A stretch of 64,000 nt of DNA from Eledone cirrhosa (lineage: Eukaryota), in contig OZ024740.1 of assembly GCA_964016885.1 (NCBI GenBank), positions 176,204,001 to 176,268,000 of the forward strand, in the 5' to 3' direction. Under the pieces are notes generated by a model. That model was not told the origin of the DNA, ran no database searches, and worked only from the letters and a program-made list of their open reading frames with translations. Positions within the stretch are counted from its first letter, which is position 1, and each line of letters starts with the position of its first letter. Below are positions 53,969-64,000 of the stretch, in pieces. The position numbers were made by a program, and so were the translations under genes.

Positions 53969-54584
53969 GTATGTATTTTAATATTTTACATTCTCTATTA
54001 ATTATAAAGATTGAGATACGAATTAATTAGTTTTCTTTTTTTTACCATCATTAATAATGTTAAGTTCAGCTATTACTGATTGGATAATTACGCTTCCCAG
54101 AACACACACTACAAACGAAACAAACACTTTGGCAAACCGATCACAATAACCAATTTTATCAACAACACCTAGAATCGTTGAATTTAAGAGTTTAAGAAAT
54201 TCCCGTTACTTGTACCAACTATTATGGAAACCTAGGAGCGGCGGATCTGAACACACTTCAATAACATAGAAAACAGTTGACATCTTTTCTACTAGGAAAT
54301 TTGTGATCGAGTATTGGCATAGAATATTCCAGAAATATTAGTAAGATATAACTGTGTAGTAAGAGTTTGTTTATATACCTCATATAATGAAACTAGTGTT
54401 AAAAATACAACCGCATATCTTTGAAAAATACAAATGCATTTAGGTCACACTTCATAGAGCGTATAAAGCTTGGGGATCCCTAATTCTGACAAGACCGGCA
54501 GGAAGGCATGGTTGAGGACTCTGCTTCTAGAACCCACCTAGGAATATATGGGTAAAGAAGACGAAGAATATGTATGTATGTATG

Positions 54585-55967
54585 TATGCTCTTCTGGTTT
54601 TATAATTTCACAAAGTTTTACCAATAGAGAGAGAGTCGGTTTCTAACATAGACACAAGACTCTCTCATTGGAATTTACACACCATCAACTAGGTAGATAT
54701 GTATGTATGCATGCGTGTGTAGATATGGATGTTATTGTATGTGTGGATGTGGATGTTTTGAGTTGTATGTGTGCATGTGTATATGCTTTGTATCTGTATA
54801 TGTGTATATGCAGTTATTAGATGCAAAATATTTGGAATGTTTTACATATTTTTACTGTTCCATTAATGGATTGTATTTGTAATTTCCTAACTAGTTGTGT
54901 TCTTTCTGTTCCTGTGAAGCCTAGCTTCTCAAGATTTGTATTGAGGCAGTTACTAACATATCCCAGTGCCTCAATAATCACAGGCAAAAATCTGAAGGTG
55001 TAATCAGGGTTGTGTATCTGCAGATTTCTCATCAGTTCTACATAAATATTCTCCTTTTCACTAATCTTTGATATTATATTGGCATCTGCTGGGCAGCTAA
55101 TTTCAACTACTGTGCATGTTTTCTTCTCCCTGTCCCATATCATAATATCTGGTCTGTTATGCCTGCATTTTATTGGGGTTTTTACTGGAACATTCCACCA
55201 GTACTCTTTCATATTATGTACATGGATGTCTTCCACATTGCTGTAGCTTTTAATGTGTTTATTATCGGGGCTATCTTTTTTACGAACTGCATTGTACAGT
55301 GTTTTGGCCACTACATCATGCCCCATAGGTAGATAGTACCGCGATGACATCTTTGGACAGCTGCTGATGACATGAGTAATATCCTCGATGTTAGTTCTGC
55401 AGAGTCTGCACTTGTTATCACATCTAGGTGCTTTGCCTGCATCCCTATCTCTTTTGTGAATCAGGTATTTCGTGCTAATCTCATGTTCCTGGATTGCAAA
55501 AGCGTATCCTTCAAAGTGGGAGCCAATATAGCGGTTGTGGGTCCAAGATAGACTACTTTACTTATCTAAATTACTCTCACTCTGGAGCTTCCTGGCAATA
55601 TATCCATGCATGATTTTTTTGCTGATAGGCATGCAGTTTTTCATCCATGGATTCACTGCAATACTGCTGAGCGACATCCCTGAGTGTGAGGTTTTGATTA
55701 TCACGCAGGGAATATCTCTCGAGGAGTTCCTTCCTAACTCTCTTGATCTTATCTGTTTCATGCAGATAGACTTGTTCGAGAAACGGGCTCCTACGCTTCG
55801 ATGTTCGTAGATGTTGTCGGAGAGATATGATGCGACATTCAAATGTTGTCTGGACTGATGTTAGGCCTCTGCCTCCCTGCTTACGTTTCAAGTAAAGGCG
55901 GTCTATGTCACTGTTGATGTGGAAGTTTCCGGTGTTGTTCAGTATTTTTCGAGTTTCAACATCAACT
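54585..55967 (-). mobile_element. 5'-truncated R4/Dong-like retroelement in (CATA)n
   Basis: CRLCR...HVISSCPKMSSRYYLPMGHDVVAK, HNRPDIMIWD, VVEISCPAD; flanked by TATG repeats on both sides. Confidence 0.85.
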
Positions 55968-57162
55968 ACTATGTATGTATGTATGTATGTATGTATGTAT
56001 GTATGTATGTATGTATGTATGTATGTATGTATGTATGTATGTATGTATGTATGTCAGGTCACCAGTTGGTGCTACTGGTAACATGTATCCCAGTACAACC
56101 TGTCTCATGGTCGGGTCGTTGGCGACTAAACTGGCAACCCCACCAAGGTTTCTTGGTGAGGAGGGTGACTTTGGATATCCTGCAGGACTAAAAACAAAAT
56201 CTGTCAAAGGGAAAAGGAGTTCTTAAGAGTCAATGGCCATACAAAATCACCGGGAGAGATGACCCCTTAGCCTTTGTCAAGGCAGAATTCTAGGAGAAGG
56301 AAAACTCTGATATAACACCTGCAACCCTGATGGTATCCAATGATGTTGACTTGTTATTCTTTTTGGTAAATATCATCTTGGTTAAGAGAGTGGGACTGGC
56401 TTTGTGCAGTGCCTTTGCTCACTATAAAAGCTTCACGGCACAAGCATTGCTTTATATCTGGAGATCTCTCTGCACTTGTCATTACATGGTACCATGGGCC
56501 CAGCACTATGTGTCAATAGTTGTCACATGTGTAGTGTTTGTACCAGAGTTTTCAAGTCGTTGGCTGGACTAAAAAGTCACACTCGTTCAGCGCATCGGTA
56601 GGGGTTCTCCTACATGGATATATAGTAGTGGCCTTACTCGAAAACGAGTTGGCAGCCACCATGTATGTATGTATACCAAGGCGCGGGCACACGTAAGAGT
56701 AATTTGGGCGAATCTTCTTTGTATTGAATTCAAAGAAAATCTGATATTATTTGCATCGGTGAAATCAAACGGCAAATTCAATTAATGAAGTAAAGTAAGG
56801 ACAGCCGATCAGAACGGACACAATTACCATAGTAATATAATCTCAGTGTGGCTACGAGATGGGTTTTCAGCTATCACTATGATATATTAAAGAAATATTA
56901 TTTAAAATATACTTGTGTACAATCAGTTATTTCATACCATACCACATATTAGGAAATCACTGTTAGAATCAGATTTCATATAGATGACATATACAGTACC
57001 ATTAACGTTAGATTAGATACTGAAGGTGAGACGTTATGATCAACTTCCAGTAAGGTTTAAATAAGTTTGGAACATATTATTGCTTTTCCTGATGTTACCA
57101 ATTAAACATTCCACACGCAATATTATTTCTAAAATATATATTTCTTTCCTTTCTGTTTACAG

Positions 57163-57201
57163 GACATGGCTATGCACCACGAAACTATTACCATAGAGGA
57201 G
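57163..57201 (+). CDS. Micro-exon A14: (R)HGYAPRNYYHRG
   Basis: tttacag|39 nt|gtgata. Confidence 0.78.
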
Positions 57202-57688
57202 GTGATATGATGAAACATGTTTTATTATATTATATATACTTCTTTAAATACATATCTCCCTGTAATCAAACGTCAGATGAAACCTCATTTTATTTGATCA
57301 GTTAGTCATGAAACACAGGAAACGCCGATCAGAACGGACACAAATACCATAGTCAACATAATCTCAAGTGTGGCTAAGAGATGTGTTTTCAGCAATCACT
57401 ATGATATATTCAAGAAATATTATTTAAAATATACTTGTGTAAAATCACTTATTTCATACATACCCCATATTAGGAAACCTCTGTTAGAAATCGGATTTCG
57501 TATACTTTAAATATACAGAAACATTTACATTACATTAGATACTGAAGGTGAGACGTTATGTTTAACTCGCAGAAACGTTTAAATAAGGTTGGAACGTATT
57601 ACTGATCTTTGTAAATGTTACGTATAATAGATTTCAAACGAAATATATTTGCGAGAATATATATTTTTTTATTCTTTTCTGTTTACAG

Positions 57689-57727
57689 GACATCGCAATA
57701 TACCACGAAATTATTACCAAAGAAAAT
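57689..57727 (+). CDS. Micro-exon A15: GHRNIPRNYYQRK (weak donor, ends in T)
   Basis: tttacag|39 nt, AAT|gtgata. Joining to A16 would create TGA. Confidence 0.45.
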
Positions 57728-58287
57728 GTGATATAATGAAACATGTTTTATTATATTATATATACTTCTTTAAATACATAACTCTTTTACATAATATATA
57801 TGGAACAATTCGAAATAGATGACAGAAAGTAGGGTTCAATATCTACATGAGTATATATATTATTTATAAACTAGAATGTATTTTGGAGAAGTGTGTTTTC
57901 TCTACGAATATAGCATTCTCATTTTATGAATTACATTATTTTAACGATTTTGAAAGATCTTTTTAAAGGTAAATTAGACATTAAAAAAAATATATTAAAC
58001 CTTCTACAAATGCAATGCGCAAACATGTGTGCAGAAATATACGAAGATGCACAGAAACTCACAAATACCCCCAACACAGAAATGCATACACACATGCATA
58101 AACCCACGAAACTACCTAATTTGTAGCATTTTATTTCAATCATGATATGTAGAGCAGCTCTCAAACTATAGTTTGGTATTAAATAAGTTTGGAACATATT
58201 ACTGGTTTTCCTGATGTTACCAATAAAACATTCCACACACAATATATTTTCTAAAATATATATTTCTTTGTTCTTTTCTGTTTACAG

Positions 58288-58326
58288 GACATGGGTACGC
58301 ACCACGAAACTATTACCATAGAGGAG
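58288..58326 (+). CDS. Micro-exon A16: GHGYAPRNYYHRG
   Basis: tttacag|39 nt|gtgata. Differs from A12 only by two synonymous changes (GGC>GGG, TAT>TAC). Confidence 0.78.
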
Positions 58327-58797
58327 GTGATATAATGAAACATATTTTATTATATTATATATACTTCTTTGTATACATATCACCCTGTAATTAAACGTCA
58401 GAGGAAACCTCATTTTCTTTCATCAATTATTCATGAAACACAGGGAACACCGATCAGAACGGACACAAATACCATAGTCAACATAATATCAAGTGTGGCT
58501 AGATGTATTTTCAGCAATCACTATGATATATTCAAGAATTATTATTTAAAATATACTTGTGTACAATCACTTATTTAATACATACCCCATATTAGAAATC
58601 CGATTTCTTATACTTCAAATATACAGAAACATTTACATTACATTAGATACTGAAGGTGGGACGTTAAGCTTAACTCCCAGCAAGTTTTAAATAAGGTTGG
58701 AACGTATTACCGATTTAAAAAAAATGTTACATATAATAGATTCCAAACGTAATATATTTTCTAATATATATATTTGTTTATTCTTTTCTGCTTACAG

Positions 58798-58836
58798 AAC
58801 TTAGCAAAGTACCACGAAGGTATTACCATATAACAG
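58798..58836 (+). pseudogene. A-type exon A17 lacking a GT donor (ELSKVPRRYYHIT)
   Basis: cttacag|39 nt|gggaaa; paralogue of A13. Confidence 0.6.
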
Positions 58837-60420
58837 GGGAAATGATGAACATCTTTCATTATATTATAAAGAATAAATAATAAAGAAATCATTATATTAT
58901 ATATATTTCTTTATATACATAACTCTTTTACATAAATATTTGGAATTTGGGGGCAGAGAGTAGGGTTCATTATCTATATGAGTATATATCTTATTTAAAA
59001 ATAAGAATGTATTTGGGAGAAGTGTGTTTTCTGTATCAATGTAACATCCACGTTTTATGAATTTACATTATTTCAAAGGTCAATTTTGAAACCTCTTTTT
59101 AAATGTAAATTTGACGTTTCAACATTATTTAACCTTCAAAAATTGTAATGCAAAAACATGCGTGCCACAAGTTGCACAGAAACACACAAACACCCTGCCT
59201 CACAGACACAAATACAAAGCAACATCCATAAACCCACTAAACTGGCCATTTTGTATGTTTTTATTAAAAATATTCGATGTTGAACACTTCTGAGACCAAC
59301 AGTTAGTATTGAGTACATACAAAAGCTGATATTATTAGCATCCTTGAAATCAAACGGTAGAGGAAACTTCCTTTTCTTGTATCAGTTATTCATGAAACAC
59401 AGGGAAACGCCGATCAGAAGAATATATTTGGGAAAAGTGTGTTTTCTGTATCAATATAACATCTTCATTTCATGAACTTACATTATTTAAAAATCAAATT
59501 TTAACTTTGCCTTTCATCCTTATGGGGTCGATAAAATAAAGTACTAGTAATGTACTGGGTAATTGCTGGCCTTGTGCCTAAAGTAGAAACAATTATTTAA
59601 AAATCAAATTTGAAACTTCTCTTTGAATGTAAACTTGACGTGTTAAAAATATTATTAAACCTTCAAGAAATATACTTGTTTCTACTTTAGGCACAAGGCC
59701 AGTAATTCACCAGTGCATTACTGGTACTTTATTTTATCGACCCCGTAAGGATGAAAGGCAAAGTGAACCTCGGCGGGATTTGAACTCAGATCGTAAAGGG
59801 ACGTAACTATGCTGGAAAGCATGGCGTCCGACCCTCTACTGATACTGCCAATCCACCGCCCTTCAAGAAATATAATGAACAAAGATTCATGCAGAGAGTT
59901 GCACAGAAACACACAAATACCCTTCCCCTTAAAAAAAATAGAAACACACTTCCGTAAATCCACCAAACTCTCCATTTTCTGGGTCTCTGTTTAAAACATG
60001 ATGATATTTAGAGCAGTTCTAAGACTTAAGGTATTAAATACACAGACAATTTGACATTGTTAGCATCATTGCTCTCAAACGGCAGAACAAAACTTATTTT
60101 CTTGTCTCAGTTATTGATGAAACGCCGATCAGAACGAACTCCAATAACATAGTTGATACAATGTGACTTTTACCGAGGAGAATGTTTTTTTCAGCTATTG
60201 ACATAAACTCTTCAGCCGACCCTCGTATTGCTGATTTGTTACACATAGATTTACTCATTGGGATCTGAAATTGTTTTCAAAACGAATATGAAATTTTACA
60301 TCAGTGTATATAATGTATTTAACAACAGTTGTAAAATATCTCAATTACTAGAAAATCATTAATGTTTATATTTGAACATTTTTCAGTTTGTATATATTCA
60401 CTCTTTTTGACTATTTTCAG

Positions 60421-60456
60421 GTGGCGGCCCACAAATATTGAAGAAGATAGGAAAGT
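60421..60456 (+). CDS. Micro-exon B4: GGGPQILKKIGK
   Basis: ctattttcag|36 nt|gtaagt; identical to B1. Confidence 0.8.
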
Positions 60457-61826
60457 GTAAGTTGATATGTAATTTCTTTTAAGTTTTCTTTATATTAAAG
60501 GCGACAAATTGGTAGTATTGGTAGAGCGTCAGGCAGCATGTTTGCGACATAGTGTTACAGCCCCTTTACGGTCTGAGTTCAAATCCCGCCGACGTTAACT
60601 TTACGGGGTCGATAAAATAAAGCACCAGTAATTCACTGGGTTAATTGTTGGCCCTGTGCCCAAAGTAGAAACAATTATATTAAATCCGTCAATTTCAAGG
60701 GTGCCGGGGAGACTACTGTGGATATGGGCACGAACTTCTCTTGTAGACCAATCCAAAACGAAATAATAAAGTAAAACAACGAGAAAAATTGCAAAGAAAT
60801 CCCTTCATATGACGAACATAGATATTGCATATATAGATGAGGATTTTGCTAGATTCTCGTTCAATTTTGTAACTTAGACTTTTCATTACATTCTACATAT
60901 GTCTATTTTGAAGTCTGACAAAGGACATTATTTAAAAAGACACACGAGGAAAAAAAAGCCCTTGGCTTGTATAAGTTCTATGGGGGTAAATGTAGTGATA
61001 TCACGTGACACTATTCCACAATCAAATGTAGGAGCCTATAATCACTTAGCTAATGAAACACTCGATAAATATACGGTATTCCCACTTCTTCTTCTTCTTT
61101 TTCTTTTTCTTTTTCTTTTTCTTTTTCTTTTTCTTCTTCTTCTTCTTCTTCTTCTCCTTCTTCTTCTTCTTCTCCTCTCTGAGAAGGTCATGTGAGCAGA
61201 CTCCTCAAACACTCCTTCCTTCGGGTCCCGTTAGAAACAACCGTCTCCAACTGATACGGCTGGATCCCCAAATGAGACCAACTATGTTCACCGATGTTAT
61301 CCAACCATCTTGTTCGGGGTCTACCCCTGAGTCTCCTGCCATTTGGTGTTGCCCGTAAAATATGTCCAGCGATTCTCTCCAGAGATATTCTAATTCCATG
61401 CCCAGAGTATCGGAGCTGTGATATCTGCCTTCGGTGAAGTAGCGGCTCAACCTGGAGTGACTCTATTATATATCTTTCTTTCTTCCAATTAATTTTATTT
61501 AATAGTCTCTGTAAACAATACTTTTTTCTCTTCTGAGTATTTGCCTGTATTGCACTTTATCGTTGGCTTTATTTTTTGTCCGGGATATTCAATACATAAA
61601 CATAATGGAAATATAGATTCTCTACATGTCGCACATTTTCAGTTTGATGGACAAACACTCGAAAATGTTATATTCAGAAACTGTGTAGACATGATCATAA
61701 CCAGATGGCTAGATAGTTTCCCACGATCACTATAGCCATTTATATATGATATATATTTACATATAGATGTTTTACTGGGTTTGTTCAGAGGTCAATACAT
61801 TTAGTAGCAAATTATCATTATATACA

Positions 61827-62405
61827 CTAGCAGAAAAACCACGCTTCGGGTAGTTTTCTGCTCGCATATGTAGTGATATTATACACAAGTATATATTCAT
61901 GATACATCAAATATATACATGATACATCACATAAAATCGTAATTGACAATATACACAGAAATTGAACGAAGACTGCATTACACTCACTTATATAATCAGT
62001 AACGTAATCCATGATACATTAAAAAAATACGAAATTTCATTTACCACTCTTAGTACGGCTGTTACTTAAATATAAGTATGTACACGTACATACATATATG
62101 TATACAGACGTACAGAAGTATGTATATATATATACATACATGCACACATATATATATATGTACGTATGGATTCACCGAACATTTATTATAATGCTCGGTG
62201 TGTTTGTAAACAAACAACCCGTATTAAGCCGTAGTGTCCAGCAACCATCGTTGCTCGTTTGTTCAACACTGACAAAGGAACGCTGTACTAGTTTATGTAA
62301 TATGCATTCATTATTTATTCAAAGTTAACCACCTTATTTTACTAACTGGATTAAAAGAAATAAACCATACGCAATCACGGATTCCTTACTTTATTATAGT
62401 TTAGA
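61827..62405 (-). mobile_element. Non-autonomous Helitron (about 580 bp)
   Basis: Minus-strand 5' TCTAAACTATAATAAAG; 3' hairpin CAGAAAA...TTTTCTG + CTAG; inserted between A and T. Empty site near 22165. Internal part is related to 8650-9190. Confidence 0.8.
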
Positions 62406-62967
62406 TACATACATGATGGCTGTCTCCTCGTTATCGAGCATGGCCATTGCACGATATATTAATAATTATTAATTAATTCTATCGTGCAATGCCTGTGCGT
62501 GAAGGTTTTCTTTTAAGTGAGGAAAGACTGTGCACTGAGCCAATCCCACTCTCTGAGCGACAGTAGGTATAACCCGGAAAGAAAAGATAAACATCATCGG
62601 TAACTACTCAGCCGCAGGTTTTATGTCGGAGTTATCCCGGTGTCCAGAGTTGCCTTCTTCTAGAAGAATGCTCTGACAAAGGCTAGTGGTCCTTCACTCT
62701 CACTGGTTTAATCACGCGATCAGATATCCAGCCCGACTATTTCTATGTCCCTGCGCATATACATACACATTCATACATGCATATAGATATATACATATAC
62801 GTACATGTGTATATACATATTTACACATTTTTGAATAGCCGTTGAATCATATGAGTTCTTCCTACCTTTGTCAGGTTTTGTTTTTATGTGTCCTGCACGG
62901 TGTCCAAAATCACCTTCCTCACCAAATAAACTTACATACATATATGTTCATGTTTTTATATTTTCAG

Positions 62968-63006
62968 CATTTGTTCATTTGATAAACAATCTCTGCAATA
63001 GATTTG
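62968..63006 (+). CDS. Micro-exon C4: SFVHLINNLCNRF
   Basis: attttcag|39 nt|gtaagg. Confidence 0.8.
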
Positions 63007-63884
63007 GTAAGGAAATAAATCATTTAAAAACTATGATGTATGTATGTTTTTATTCCGAACCGAAAAGGAGAGAATGAATAGGTGTTATTTTCTTAACCTC
63101 AGCAAAACATAATTACACAATGCATCAACTTCACCAATCACATAATTTTTCTAGAACAGTATAAGATACCATTAAGTTTTATTACGTAAAAAATCTATAT
63201 ACGCATATTCTAATTGTTAATCACACACTTCATCAAGCAAGAGCACAACATATTGTTTGTGGCATAAGTTCAATACCACATGTTGATAAACCCACGTGTA
63301 TACATGAATACACTCTTTTAATTACAATGTAAACAGCCATGATGCTAGAGGTTTTTGACTTCCTGTCGGTGTAATGTGTGTTCAGTGGTCAAGACACTTA
63401 AATATGAATATATGAGCCCAGAATACCCTATATAATTAACTTGGATGGTATAATAATGTGGAATCGTCGAGTAAATTTGCTGTTATATAAATATAGATTT
63501 TACGAGTGGTCCACTCTTTGCTGGGACTAGATTTATCCCATAGAAAAGAAGAAAAATAACTGTGGTTCATGTTTATGTAAAACGAAGTAACTATGTCAAC
63601 TTTAGACTTTACTATATGAGTGACATTCCTGATGCTGATGTCCACTCCAAGTATATGTAGATCGATGCCTATTGGAAACTACCTATCAATGAGGAGTTTG
63701 TCTTTGATTTGCTTAAGCAGTCCTGTATGTTTCAAAGATGTTTCTTTAATCAGTAAATATATAAACGTGGACACATTCTCTTAAAACGTTTAGCTTTATA
63801 TTTAGTAATGTTTAAAATTTAACACGGAACAATGAATGGAATATATTAATATTATCATAATACAATTTCTTAAAAACTTTTCAG

Positions 63885-63929
63885 GTCGCCGCATTAACTG
63901 TCATCCATGGACATTACGGCGTTATAATA
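63885..63929 (+). CDS. Micro-exon D4: GRRINCHPWTLRRYN
   Basis: cttttcag|45 nt|gtatgt; identical to D1. Confidence 0.8.
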
Positions 63930-64000
63930 GTATGTATTTTAATATTTTACATTCTCTATTAATTATAAAGATTGAGATACGAATTAATTAGTTTTCTTCA

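Noticed and set aside
12380-58860. Conserved flanks with variable 39-nt cores read as a repeat-spacer array
   Set aside because: The cores are homologous to one another and bounded by AG/GT splice signals; exons explain them better.

Overview
AT-rich, microsatellite-dense animal genomic DNA, not prokaryotic; the tRNA-derived SINE family suggests an octopod cephalopod (inference). Most supplied ORFs are microsatellite or transposon artefacts. The main discovery is a hidden + strand micro-exon gene spread over about 11.2-63.9 kb and open at both ends. It has about 30 tiny exon copies of four homologous classes (A 39 nt, B 36 nt, C 39 nt, D 45 nt). All intact copies are AG/GT-flanked, multiples of 3 and phase 1-1, and they are arranged in four duplicated cassettes (A)n-B-C-D plus one broken cassette. 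Spliced, they read as a cationic His/Tyr/Arg/Gly-rich repeat (GHGYAPRNYYHRG) followed by an amphipathic-helix-like segment and a Cys-x8-Cys loop ([40 protein letters not shown]). Exons appear to diverge faster than their introns. Introns and flanks hold a full-length Helitron (32771-39134), non-autonomous Helitrons, R4/Dong-like retroelements inserted in (CATA)n, Penelope-like elements with degenerate hammerhead motifs, RTE and mariner fragments, about 20 SINE copies, and the 5' half of an APE-type LINE. All coordinates and counts were read by eye.
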